Shown one piece after another: positions 13,018 to 26,425 of a stretch of 64,000 nucleotides of DNA (within the stretch, counting starts at the first letter, position 1; each line of letters starts with the position of its first letter). This stretch comes from Octopus sinensis (taxonomy: Eukaryota): NCBI RefSeq assembly GCF_006345805.1, contig NC_043024.1, forward strand, positions 18,352,001-18,416,000. The letters run 5' to 3'. A program made the position numbers and the translations under genes. A model generated the notes under the pieces. The model saw only the letters and a program-made list of their open reading frames with translations, did not search any database and was not told where the DNA came from.

Positions 13018-14290
13018 CAGGGGTTGGACAAAATAATGGAAACACCTAGCATCATAGCATCATAAATTTGAAATATCTATAAAACCGTCAAAAGCTTGTT
13101 TATTTTTATGTTTTTTGATTTATTATTAGTGTTGCTTCATATGTTTTGCTAAAATTGCTGTTTCTTTTCAGATATCATCAGAAAAAGGTAATTAAAATTC
13201 ATTAAAATGACAGATCTCTCAGTCTTTCAAAGAGGTCAAATTGTTGGTGCTTGTGTGGCAGGTGCTAGCGTATTGTTTGGTGCCAACTAAAATGTTTGGT
13301 GTATCAAAAAGTACTGCCTCAAAATTAATGACAGCCTTTTGAGAAGGAGGGAAAAACCTCCTCATCGAAACAAAACTCTGAAAGAAAATCAAAACTTTCA
13401 GATAAAGACTGTTGGACTCTTAATTGTTAGAAAGGATCACAAAAGTACAGCTCCCAAAATTACTGCAGAGCTTAATGACCACCTCGAGAAACCAGTTTCC
13501 ACAAAAACTGTTCGCCGGGAGCTGCACAAAGCCGGATTTCACAGGAGGGCTGCAATCAGAAAACCACTACTTTCAAAAACAAATGTTGCAAAGTGTTTAA
13601 AGTGGAGTAAGAACCTACAGAATTGGTCCCTAGAACAGTGGAAGAATGTTATTTTCTTGGATGAGTCATGCTTTACTCTATTTCCAACCACTGGCTGTGT
13701 ATACATGTGGAGACAGCCAAAAGAAGCATTTGACCCAGACTGCCTTCTTCCAACTGTTAAACATGGAGGAGGATCTGTGATGATCTGTGGGGCTATATCT
13801 TGGAAATTCGCCAGCCAAATGGCTTCCCTTCATGACAGAATTAATAGTCAAGACTATTTAAGCATTTTATCTGATCAAATTCATCCTATGATTGTGGAAC
13901 TGTTTCCTGAGGGACACGCAGTCTTTCAGGATGATAATGCACCAATTCACACAGCTAAGTTTGTTACTGAATGGCACGAGGAACATTCTAGTGAAGTTGA
14001 ACATCTTATCTGGCCACTACAGTCCCCAGATCTCAATATTATTGAACATTTATGGTGCATTTTAGAAAAACTAGTAAGGAGTCAATATCCTCCACCATCA
14101 TCACTACAAGAACTGGAGACTGTTTTAGGTGAAGAATGGACAAAAATTCCTTAGGAGGCAATTCAAACTTTGTACAAGTCCATACCTCATAAAATTCAAG
14201 CAGTAATTACTGCCAAAGGTGGTCATACCCCATATCAAAATATATTTGTTTGAAATTTTAAGGGGTTTCCATTATTTTGTCCAACCCCTG
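13018..14290 (+). mobile_element. Full-length Tc1/mariner transposon, DD36E (Incomer-like), inactivated
   Basis: TA flanks at 13016-17 and 14291-92 and a 26-bp perfect TIR caggggttggacaaaataatggaaac. Transposase runs from ATG 13207 (MTDLSVFQRGQIVGA) with a frameshift. Motifs IFLDES, FQDDNAPIH and SPDLNIIE give 36 residues between D and E. Premature TAG at 14152. Confidence 0.93.
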
Positions 14291-14338
14291 TATACACTCA
14301 CCACCACACACACACACACACACACTCACACACACACA

Positions 14339-14417
<79 letters not shown>

Positions 14418-14931
14418 ATCGAGGTGTAAGAAGAAAGCTAGTTTCAAGCAGTCTGAAGTAAATATAAAACAACTTTCAGGGACAATTGCGGCTTATTGAG
14501 ATGAAAAATTGTGAGTTTTTTTTATCAAAGTACACTAAACTGCAAAAAGTTCTTTTTATATTTCACAGTAGGTGACCAGGTTGCTGGGTGGGCGAATAAG
14601 AATATAAGAGTTAAAGGAATGGAGTAGATAATATCCAGGCTGCATATGGAACATCAGAAGTGGTAAATATCCAAGCGAGGTGTAAACTGCATGCTACTCT
14701 TCATCTTGATTAAATGAAAGTTACACTGTTGCTAGGGGGTACAAGTTAACACGTGACAATGTGTTAAACTTACATTTAATGAAGATATCCTTGATATCAA
14801 GATATACACCTCACCTGGATATTTACCACTTGTCAGGTTCCACTTGCTATGAAACATGAGAAGCCCAGATCTTAACTACTCCATTCCTCAACTCCTTTAC
14901 ACACACATATATATATAATAATAATAATAAT

Positions 14932-15085
14932 ATTAGGGAGTATAGCTCCAAACTTATAGGGAAAAATTAGATTTAGTATTAAATCAAATTTCACAGTATA
15001 AACATATAAAATATGAATTAGAGATAAAACCACTATTAGGCAACTCAAACAGTGATAGACATAAACCAAATCATAAATAAAAAAT
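14932..15085 (-). repeat. AT-rich interspersed repeat (family P; possibly a PLE terminal repeat)
   Basis: gtctaccactgtttgagttgcctaatagtggttttatctctaattc...actgtgaaatttgatttaatactaaat...gtttggag. Other pieces lie at 2943-3000, 3961-4026, 15410-15482, 28320-28470 and 28920-28985. Confidence 0.7.
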
Positions 15086-15494
15086 AATATAAATATAATT
15101 AACATAATATATAATATATATATATGAATATATAAATTATTTATATTTAAAAATTTTTTAAATTTTATTTTATTTATTTTTTTATTATTTATTTATTTTT
15201 TTCTTTCCAAAAAGTATAAAAACAATGATAAATATAATATAATAAGTAATAATAAGTAATAAGTATACTTATTATATTATATTTATCATTCTTTTTATAC
15301 TTTTTGGAAGGAAAATAAAAAAGTAAAAAAATAACATAAAAAAATTAAAAAACAATTTAAAAAATATATATTATATATTATATTAATTATATTAATATTA
15401 TTTGTTATTTATGTATTGGTTTATGTCTACCACTGTTTGAGTTGCCTAATAGTGGTTTTATCTCTAATTCATATTTTATATATATATATATATA

Positions 15495-15529
<35 letters not shown>

Positions 15530-15989
15530 CTATATATATACATACAGAGATATACTATTGATAATCCAATAAGTTATTTATATTACAATATTACATTAAA
15601 TACTATGAATATAATATAGCATAATCCAGCCATCCTTTCACATGAAATTACATCTGTTTCTAAACCATGACCCTGAAGTGACTTTATGTATAAAGGAACT
15701 GTGATTATGTATATCAGAAAAAATATATATAAGTCAAAACAATTTGTTGGCCTTTAATGGTTTTAGTAATTGTTTGTTATATAATATTATGTTACATCAT
15801 ACTGATAATATTTAATGTAATATTATAATACAGATAAATTGTCGGATTGTCAATAATATATCTCTGTATTTAATTTATCTTTATAATTGAATTATTCCAA
15901 TATTTATATGGTATCCTACTGACGTACGAGTGAATTGGATGTTTAATACACCTCTTTGAAGAATATCTTTTCCTAAGTTTGTTACTTTA

Positions 15990-16560
15990 TATATTCAAAT
16001 GGCAGAATCATGTCCCCAACAAAGATGTCCTCAAGCAAGCAGGAATACCAAGCATGTTTGCACTCCTCACACAAAGATGTATGAGATGGCTTGGACATGT
16101 TTGCCATATGGAAGATGGCAGAATCCCCAAGGACATACTCTACGGAGACCTTGCTAGGGGCACTAGGTCTGTGGGAAGACCGTTCTTATGTTAGAAGGAT
16201 GTTTGCAAAAGGGACATGAAGGCCTGCGACATCAATATTTGCAACTGGGAAGCAGCTGCCAGCAACCGTGGAGATTGGCGACGTACCGTAAAAGAGGGAA
16301 CACAAAGGAGTGACAGAGAGAGAGAGAGAGAGAGAGGAGAAATGGAAAGACAAGAAAAGACGTCAACAAGAAACTATGACATTACAACCAGCCCGACAAA
16401 GTCTTCGCTACATTTGCGGCATCTGCCAGAGGGAGTGTTTGTCCAGGATAGGACTACACAGCCACAGCAGGAGATGTATTAGGACATGAAATGTAAAAGC
16501 CGGACTAGATCATTTTATGCGCAACTCCAACTCCATTGTCTCCTGAGACAAAAAGGATGC

Positions 16561-16570
<10 letters not shown>
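15990..16570 (+). mobile_element. RTE-clade LINE 3' fragment
   Basis: WQNHVPNKDVL..RWLGHVCHMEDGRIPKDILYGDL..GRP..KDVCKRDMK..WR..VKEG matches the RTE ORF C-terminus; one in-frame stop. Confidence 0.88.
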
Positions 16571-16600
<30 letters not shown>

Positions 16601-16886
16601 TATATACAAGAGTAAACAAGAGAGACAGAGACAGGCAGAAGCAAATAAAATGCCACTTGTATTTGAATACTGTGCAAATATTCTTTTAAAAAACTTTTCC
16701 TTTAATTTTTCTAAAATTTAATTTTAGAAAAATACTTACAGTGGAAAAAGTCTCAATGACTGAAATGTTTTTTATAAAATTATTTTAGCATTTCTTACCT
16801 ATATATACATATGTATATATCTATCTATATATGTATATATATATATATATGTTAGAAGTATTAGGGATGATGTACAGATTTAATAC

Positions 16887-17110
16887 ATATGAAAGAAAAA
16901 AGGTGTTCAGAATTGCGGATGGTTGTAAAAAAATATATTTATTTACATATCACATATTACTTATTCATATTAGCACTTCCAACTACCCCTGTAGTTTCTG
17001 ACGAAACTACAGGGGTAGTTGGAAGTGCTAATATGAATAAGTAATATGTGATATGTAAATAAATATATTTTTTTACAACCATCCGCAATTCTGAACACCT
17101 TTTTTCTTTC

Positions 17111-17114
<4 letters not shown>
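16887..17114. repeat. Perfect palindrome: 112-bp arms, 4-nt loop (tgac)
   Basis: 16887-16998 is the exact reverse complement of 17003-17114, checked base by base. Confidence 0.95.
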
Positions 17115-17143
<29 letters not shown>

Positions 17144-17299
17144 TGCATACGATGGACTTCTTCCAGTTTCTGTCTACCAAATTCACTCACAAAGGCTACA
17201 GAAGACAATTGTTCAACCTGCCATGCAGTGGGACTGAACCCGGTTTTGAAGCAAGCTTCTAACCACATAACCATGCCTGTACCTATTCTTTTTTTCTTT

Positions 17300-17680
17300 T
17301 ATTCTTTTATTTGTTTCAGTCATTTGACTGTGGCCATGCTGGAGCACTGCCTTTAGTTGAGCAAATCGACCCCAGCACTTATTCTTTGTAAGCCTAGTAT
17401 TTATTCTATCAGTCACTTTTGCCAAACTGCTAAGTTACGGGGGACGTAAACACACACAAACAACAATACACACACACACATATACTCAAACATATATATA
17501 TACACACATATATATATGACGGGCTTCTTTCAGTTTCCGTCTACCGAATCCACTCACAAGGCCTTGGTCGGTCCGAGGCTATAGTAGAAGACACTTGCCC
17601 AGGGTGCCACGCAGTGGGACTGAACCCGGAACCATGTGGTTGGTAAGCAAGCTACTTACCACACAGCCACTCATGTGCCT
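17300..17680 (-). mobile_element. SINE family A
   Basis: Colinear with 1693-2105; an extra head fragment lies at 17135-17285. Confidence 0.85.
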
Positions 17681-18033
17681 ATATATATATTGTTTAATGT
17701 GTACAATATATAATTGTGAGCTACCAATAGTTTCATACATTGGAGATTTTCCCTCCTAAGCAGGTTTTAATAATACTTCTAGTGTCTCCAAATAATCTAC
17801 AGGCTCTCAGCACATGACTTTTACACATTAAAAATCAGGACAATAGAACAAGAGAACTCACGAGTAAAAAACACAAGAGAAAAGTGGATGCAAAGAGTGG
17901 AAAGCTGAAAGAAACGGAAAAAGAAAGAAAAAAAGGAAAATAAGAATTATAGATATGTCCCTTTGACTGTAAAGTCATAAAGCTAGTTGATGTGGAATCA
18001 GCGAAAGGGGTTTAAAGTCTGCATCACAGCTGT

Positions 18034-18300
18034 TCAATCAGGAGAGGGTGATGTTCTCCAATTTGCCAAAAGATACTTGCATATATATTTGCATTTGTTG
18101 TAAATTTCTGATCTAGAATTCAACAGAGTAGTGTAATTCTTAGATCTAAAAAGGATATGGGGACTCTCAGCTATGCATAATTTGCATGTATTAGATCTGT
18201 TAACATATGGCATGGATTTTTCTATGATTTTCCACTTGATTGTATGTGGCATGGATTTGGTCTTGAAATCTTGGTTGGTTGATTCTCCAGGCATGCTTCA
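18034..18300 (-). mobile_element. Penelope-like (Neptune-type) GIY-YIG C-terminal fragment
   Basis: WKIIEKSMPY..NTCKLCIAE..I....LLNSRSEIYNKCK matches the Neptune-type motif WKIL..A.PY....C.LCL.EK..I..LLN.R.E...CRH. Confidence 0.75.
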
Positions 18301-18444
18301 CATTATATAGGGATGTGATGGAGACTAAAAGTGAGATGCAAAGAGTTAGCAAAAGAGGTACAGGAAGAATGCACATACTGGGCTAGGTGGCAGGAGGAGG
18401 AGGAGAGAAAATAAATGACTGTAGTTATAGGAGGAATAACACAA

Positions 18445-18780
18445 ATGACAAATTTGTTTTATTTAATTTCATTTTAAAATGATAACTATTTTCAGTGGAA
18501 AATTAGTATTTATTTCATTATTTTCAATAAGCACCAAGAAATTTGATAAAAGTTAAATTATTATTATTATTGTATAACTTGTCCATATGTTTGCATTTGT
18601 TGGAAATTTCAGATCTGAAATTCACCAGAGCAGTGGAATTCTTAGATCCAAAAATGATAGATGATCCTTCAACTAAGCATAACTTACATTTTTGAGAACC
18701 ATTATCATACGTCAAAAGTACACTTCAAAAGTTAACCATCATACCAATGGATAACATGTTGGTTGGTTGACTAATTTTCC
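18445..18780 (-). mobile_element. Second Neptune-type PLE 3' fragment plus 3' UTR
   Basis: YDNGSQKCKLCLVEG..I....LVNFRSEISNKCKH. Its AT-rich 3' flank (18445-18570) recurs twice in tandem at about 12160-12440. Confidence 0.7.
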
Positions 18781-19464
18781 CAGTCATACTTTACAGTGAG
18801 GGGTGGGAAGAGAGTAAAAGAAAAACACAAAGAAAGCTAACACAAAAAGAGCCAGATTTCTGAAAGATAACTTTTTATAAAGAAATTTACAGAGAAAGGT
18901 TTCCAATGAAAAGCAATGGGTCGTTCTCTCTCTCTCTTTCTCTCCTCGTCAATCTCTCTTTTCCTCTTTTGCTCCACATTCTTTCTCTCCATCTTGATAT
19001 ACAGTTTTGTATATACGACATTGGAATCATTTAATTTAACGATCATTTGATATGTCTTCTTTTTAATTAATTTTTTTAAATTACTAATTTAATGAATGCA
19101 CAAATAGCAAGAACCAAAACAACAATAACACAGAAAAAACAAAAAAAACTATAATTATATGATTTTTTTTTTATGGATATCCAACTACCACGGAACTTAA
19201 TTACGTTAGTGGGAAACAATGTGGTTTCCTTCCAGATGTTTCTCAATATTTGTTCAGAGATGCGGCTGTTAATTCCATCCAAGTTCTGACATCAAGATTG
19301 TTTACATTAACATCACAGCCTGCGGGAATCATGGTTTTATTTGGCATTTCATAACAGATGATAAGAGGCTGATAGATAGAATTTGCTGCTGCTGCTACTA
19401 CTGCTGCTGCTGCTTAGTCATTTGTAAATTTTCAGCCGAAATCTGTTTATCAAAATATATTCTT

Positions 19465-19554
19465 TTATTCTTTTATTCTGTCAGTCATTTGACTACGACC
19501 ATGCTAGAGTCGAAGCAAGATCAGTGATGGGTGGGGGACAAACACAGACACAAG

Positions 19555-19603
<49 letters not shown>

Positions 19604-19768
19604 CAATGGGCTTCTTTCAGTTTCCACCTACCAAATCCACTCACAAGGCTCTGATCAGCCTGAGGCTAAAGTGGAAGACACTTACCCAAGATGCCACGCA
19701 GTGAGACTGAACCCAGAACTATGTGGTTGGGAAGCAAGTTTCTTATCACACAGTCATGCCTGTGCCTA
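19465..19768 (-). mobile_element. SINE family A (internally deleted)
   Basis: Head and CORE-like part colinear with 1693-2105. Confidence 0.8.
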
Positions 19769-19787
19769 TATAACAATAATAATAATA

Positions 19788-19836
<49 letters not shown>

Positions 19837-19947
19837 AATATAATAATAATAATAATAATAACAATAATAATAATAATAATAACAATAATATAATAATAAT
19901 AATAACAATAATAATAATATATAATAATAACAATAATAATAATAATG

Positions 19948-19997
<50 letters not shown>

Positions 19998-19998
<1 letters not shown>

Positions 19999-22276
19999 GC
20001 TGAAAACTTTAACACGTACTAGCAGAGCCAGAGACAATGCCTGAATGGCTCACGAAGGGGAAAACCATCTTAATTCCCAAATCAAATGAAACAGAAAAAC
20101 CAGAAAACTACAGACCAAAACCTGCCTCCCTACTATGTTCAAGGCATTTACTGCAGTGATATCACAAAGGCTGAACAAGCACCTGGACGAATACAAACTG
20201 TTCCCAAGAAGCAGAAAGGATGCCGCAAAGGCTCATATGGCTGTAAAGATCAACTAATGATTAATAAGCCATAACTGAAGACAGCCACAGAAAGAAGAAA
20301 GGCCTCAGTATGGCCTGGATTGACTACAAAAAGGCGTTTGATAGCATCCCCCACACATGGATCCTCGAAACACTAGCCATTAACAAAGTAGCACCAACAA
20401 TCATAAAATTCATAGAGCACTCTATGATAAATGGCAAACAGTCCTACACCTCCAAACAAAAGAGGGACTCATGAAAACCAAAACATCCCCATTAGAAGAG
20501 GAATATTCCAGGGAGATACGCTCTCTCCACTCCTTTTCTGCTTGGCACTGTCACCTCTATCTGATATGCTAAATAGAACTGGATGCGGATTAAATGTTAC
20601 GGCAAAACGATCAGCCACCTTTTATATATGGACCCTAAAACTATACGCTGCAAATGACAACAGCTGGACACTATTAAAGACAGTTCATGGATTTACCAAA
20701 GAAATAGATATGAAATTTGGATTAGAAAAATGCGCCAAAGTAACCATGAAAAGAGGAAAACTAGTTAAGAGTAACAACATCACACTAGATGAAGCAAATG
20801 AAATAAAAGAATTAGACCAAAGCCAAACTTACAAATACTTAGGAATCCATGAACTAGATAAGACACAACACACACAAATGAAAGAGAAAATAAAAAAAGA
20901 ATATTATAGATGAGTTAGATCAATACCAAACACAGAGCTCAATGCTAAAAACAATTAATAGGTATCAACACTTTAGCTGTCCCAGTTATAAGTTACAGCT
21001 ACAATATCCTTAACTGGACACGAAATGAACTGACCAAAATAGACAGGAAAACAAGAAAAATAATGACAGGATCTAGGATGCATCACCCAAAATCTGACAT
21101 AGAAAGACTATATATACAACGTATAGAAGGTGGTAGAGGCCTTATACAGCTGGAAAACTACTATAAAATAACCACCATAGGACTGCAAAAATATCTACTT
21201 CAGAAGGAAGGAAAACTGATCCAGATAGCGGCAAAACACGAGCAAAACAAAAAACTGTTCTCAGTATTTAAGGAAGCTGACAAATACAAACAGAAATCAT
21301 ACCACCTAATAAACATGAAGAAGAAGAAGAAGAAGATGAAGAAACAACAAAAGCTATAAAAAAAATGAAATCCAAACTAAAAATAGAACAGCAACGAACC
21401 ATGATAAAACGATGGCAAGAAAAGCCCCTTCATGGTAAATACTGGACTAAACTAAACGCAAAAGAAATAGACAAAGAAAAATCCCAGCAATGGTTGAGAA
21501 GCTCAGGACTCAAAGCAGAAACAGAGGGATTTTTAATTGCAGCACAAGATCAAAGCCTCCCCACCAGAAATTACCAAAAACATGTAATGAAAAAAATATT
21601 ACAAGTACTGCAGAATATGTGGAGATGGACAAGAAACAATAAATCATATTATCTCTAGCTGCCCAGTCCTGGCTAAGAAGGAATATATTCACAGACATGA
21701 CAGAGTTGGAACTTACATACATTGGAAGCTATGCCAACATTATGGAATAACAACAGAAAAAAGATGGTATAGGCACACACCAGAAAAGGTCACAGAAAAC
21801 GAGAAAGCAACCATACTCTGGGATATGCCGATACACACAGATAGAGAAATTAAGGCCAACAGACCAGATATAGTTGTCAGAGACCATGAAGAAAAAAAAT
21901 GCTTTCTAATTGATGTATCAGTACCGGCAGATGACAACGTGTCTCTAAAAGAAATGGAGAAACTCTCAAAATACAAAGACCTGGAAATAGAGGTAACTAG
22001 AATGTGGAATCTGAAACAGAAACAATTCCTATCATAGTAGGTGCATTAGGCATGATAAAAAAATATTCAGACAAATACATAACAAAAACACCAGGACTTA
22101 CAAACACATATAACATACAGAAAATTGCACTACTAGGCACTGCACACATCCTACGCAGAACCTTTCCATACAATAACCATCAGAGCATCACAACAAATCA
22201 CAGCACATACCCAAGGCACACAGAGCTGCGCTCGGTAGTGAAGTGAAAGCACGCTATAAAAATAAAACTACTGAAT
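19998..22276 (+). mobile_element. R4/Dong-clade non-LTR retrotransposon, 5'-truncated and frameshifted
   Basis: RT motifs GCKDQLMINK, GIFQGDTLSPLLF and FGLEKCA; zinc knuckle CRICG..ETINHIISSCP..RHD; restriction-like endonuclease RPDIVV..LIDVSVP..EKLSKYKDL. (TAA)n arrays flank both sides. Confidence 0.92.
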
Positions 22277-22277
22277 G

Positions 22278-22325
<48 letters not shown>

Positions 22326-22333
22326 TATAATTG

Positions 22334-22366
<33 letters not shown>

Positions 22367-22389
22367 TATAATATATATAATAATAATCT

Positions 22390-22420
<31 letters not shown>

Positions 22421-22694
22421 GTAATGACATCTCAAAAGTATATAGGGACATTATTTTACCATTTTCTTTCTGCAGACTCTGCCAGGCACTTCAAGCTTGT
22501 TAATGTATTATGCATAAGGCATTTTTACTAAATTCTAGGTTAATTATTTAAAGGCAAAAAAAAAAAAAATGACATTATTTTACTTCTAGAAATAAATCTT
22601 TCAAAATTGATGGAGTATATTTCATTTTGTGACATCTGCATCTCTCTCTCTCTCTCTCTCTCTGTCTGTCTCTCTGTCTGTCTCTCTGTCTGTC

Positions 22695-22725
<31 letters not shown>

Positions 22726-23099
22726 TTCTCAATATATATATATATATGAAAGTCTTTGAGAAAAGTACTTAATACAGTTTTTAAGAATAAAGAGGATTTA
22801 AAAAAAAAAGTTATATTTTCTAAAAAATGTTACAAAATCTTTTAATAGAATATAACTAACCATTTTGGCAGAAGTTTTTTCCCTGGTGTGTGTGTGAATG
22901 CCTTTAATTAACCTTTTGTTAATATCTGAAAAAGGAAGTTGTTATTTTTGTTGTGTTTGTAGTATTAACTATTCTGATTTATTTTCGGACTTAGGATTTT
23001 CATGAATTATTCTTCCTGTGACTTTCATAGTTAGTCATAAATACACTTTTACCATTGTTTATCATATGGAGTGTTGGCTATTTTCGGTTTGATTATGGA

Positions 23100-24185
23100 T
23101 TTAGAATTTTTATAAAGTATTCCTCTTTTACTTACTTGTTTCAGTCCTTTGACTGTGGCCATACAGGAGCACTGCCTTCAGTCGAGCAAATCGACCCCAG
23201 GTCTTATTCTTTGTAAGCCTAGTACTTATTGTATCAGTCGCTTTTGCCGAACTGCTAAGTTACGGGGACGTAAACACACCAGCATCGGTTGTCAAGCAAT
23301 GTTGTGGGGGACAAACACAGACACATAAACATATAACCACACACATACACATATATATATATATATATACACATATACATATATACGACAGGCTACTTTC
23401 AGTTTCCGTCTACCAAATCCACTCACAAGGCTTTGGTTGGCCCGAGGCTATAAGACACTTGCCCAAGGTGCCATGCAGTGGGACTGAACCCAGAACCATG
23501 TGGTTGGTAAGCAAGCTACTTACCACACATCCACTCCTGTGCCTATTGGAACATAATATCGTTTATTGGAACATAAAATCGTTTATTTTGTAAAATGGTA
23601 AATATTTTAAATTTTCCATTTGCACAGATACCTATATGTTCACAGCATGGTATATTCCTAAGAGATGATTCCCTAATTTGTTGTTTATGCACGTCTATAC
23701 AGCTGCTCAGTTTCCTTCCTGTCTCTCCAATGTAGTTTTCCTTGTATTGTGAGCATGTGATGCAGCAGATGAGATTCTTTTGTTTTGCAATTTATTTTTG
23801 CATTCACCTTTAATTCTTTCTCATTCTTGAATCTTTTCGTTGCCCCTTGCTCAATTAATTCCCATGTCCCACAACGTGAATCTCGCCTTTGTTAGGGGTC
23901 TCTTGAAGTTAAGTAGTTATCTTCGACTGTTGATGATTTGTGATTTCTTAATTGTTCATTAGAAATTTGGTGATCGGTGTAAAATCGGGAGGCTTCATTT
24001 GGCTGAGTGCAGGATGTTGTGGTTTCTAGGACTGAGAATGATTACAAATGGAATACTTGTATCTGTATTTTTATTTTTACACCTGGCCTCAGTATTTCTC
24101 CTTAAGGTAGAGATTGGGATTTCCTTTGCTTTTGTTATGGCATGCTGAATTAACTTGTTGGGGTATTTTGTGTTTCTGAAAGAAT
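23100..24185 (-). pseudogene. Penelope-like element remnant (RT thumb plus GIY-YIG), SINE-interrupted
   Basis: [15 protein letters not shown], then KNLICCITCSQYKENYIGETGRKL (about 23705-23785) and KEEYFIKILNP at about 23100-23130. Confidence 0.78.
23128..23545 (-). mobile_element. SINE family A
   Basis: Colinear with 1693-2105. Confidence 0.85.
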
Positions 24186-24376
24186 ATATTAATGCCTGCA
24201 AGTCGTTTCTCTAGTCTAACAGTATATGTGACTATTGAGAATATGTGCCTTGCCATATATATTCTGCCAGTCATTTCTCTCTCTCTATATATATATAAAA
24301 GCAAGGATGTGTATATCTATATATATATATATAAATATACATGCATACATATATACATACATACATATACATACAT

Positions 24377-24413
<37 letters not shown>

Positions 24414-24560
24414 TGTAGGCATGGATGTGTGGTAAGTAACTTGCTTCCCAACTACATGATTCCATTGCATGCAACCTTGGTCAAGTGCCATCTCCTATAG
24501 TTCAAGATTGACCAAAGCCTTATGAGTGGGTTTCATAGAAAGAAACTGAAAGAAGCTTGC

Positions 24561-24604
<44 letters not shown>

Positions 24605-24799
24605 GTGTGTGTGTGTGTATGTGCAGGGTGCAGTGAATATATTGTCAAAATTATGCAAAAATGAAAATAACACTGACATCTCATTTTAACAGATATATTT
24701 ACCAAAATTATCTTGAAATCGTAAAGACTAAATTTATTCAATAAAAGTGCCATTGGTTTTAACCACAGCTTCCCAACGACTTCAGAATAACCTGCAATT

Positions 24800-25130
24800 T
24801 TAGTCCCCTTGTTTAAGTAGGTTAATGTAGTCATAATCCTTGCCTTAAGTTCATCTTTTTGGTTACAAGGAGATTTGTTGGCTTCTCACTTAACTGTGCC
24901 CTACACATAATAATCAAGGGAGTTGCAGTCTGGGCAGTTAGGTGGCCAGATGTTAGGAGTGATGTGGTCGCAGAAATTGTTTGACTCCATGACTGGGTTC
25001 TCCTGTTTGTGTAGCATGGTGCAGAATCCTGTTGCCAGATGTAGGGTCTTCCAGTGGCCACCCTCTTGACCCAGGGCAGCACTACTTCCTCCAGGCACTT
25101 CATGTAGACCTCCATATTGAGTGTGAGGCC
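24800..25130 (-). mobile_element. Second maT-type (DD37D) transposase fragment
   Basis: VVLPWVKRVATGRPYIWQQDSAPC..WPPNCPDCNSLDYYV; same family as 5200-5730. Confidence 0.82.
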
Positions 25131-25492
25131 ACACACATACAGATAGATATGTTTCTTTATTAGCCACACAGAGCTGCACACAGACGGGACAGATTACAAA
25201 GTAGAGCTTTTCTTTTTGGGGAGAAAATAAAAAAAAAGGGGTAGGTTTTCGATGAAAAGTGATCATAAAAAGGAAAGGAAAAAAAAAACAATCAATAGAG
25301 ATCGTGTATCACAGAAATTGAAGTAAACGCGCCCTTTTAAAGCCTAGCCAGGCTCATGGGCCCAGTTTCCTGGTTTCTATGGCGTATATGTTCTCCAGCT
25401 GGATGGGGTGCTAGTCCATCACAGCGTTACTCACTTTTGCCAGCTGAGTGGACTGGAGCAATGTGAAATGAAGTGTAGATAGACAGACAGAC

Positions 25493-25556
<64 letters not shown>

Positions 25557-26059
25557 TAGATAGATAGATAGATAGGTAAGTAGGTAGGAAGGTAGGTAGA
25601 TTCAACAGGTTTCTTTCAGTTTCTCTCTATCAGATTCACTCTCAATGCTTTGCTGGTCTTCTAATATAATCCTGGTTCATGGTAGAAAACTCTTAGTCAA
25701 GCAACCAGATAGTAATTATAACAATACATATCTTATATTCACCTTCTAAACAGTCCTTTCTATAGAAGAAATTACCAGGAATTTCAATGACGGAAAATAG
25801 AATTTGATTTAGAATTATATAGAAATGTTGCTAATATAATGATATGCTTGAAAATAAGTGCTGCCCTCTATTGAAAGCTAAGTATGTATATTGTATAGTT
25901 AATGTGTTTGGTTACGTGTGTGTGTGTGCATGCACACACAAACACATACACATATTAATATGGATACATTTATATATATATATATACAGAAATATAGATA
26001 GACACAAAAATATATGTATATGCACATATATAAATACATATATATATATATATATATAT

Positions 26060-26101
<42 letters not shown>

Positions 26102-26181
26102 ACATACATATATTACATACAATATACACATAAGTATATAAACAAAAATATTCATGTACACACATATATAGATATCAGAAA

Positions 26182-26233
<52 letters not shown>

Positions 26234-26364
26234 ACACACCCACACATGCTCACACATATCTACACACATGCACATTTGCACACATATATATACCCACACA
26301 TTCACTCACCACACACACATAATATATTGTATATACATATAAACATGCATAGTAATACACACAC

Positions 26365-26425
<61 letters not shown>

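Noticed and set aside
16995-17012. ctgacgaaac at the palindrome centre, resembling fused hammerhead core words
   Set aside because: There is no stem II between CUGACGA and GAAA and no NUH or stem I; it is a by-product of the fold-back symmetry.
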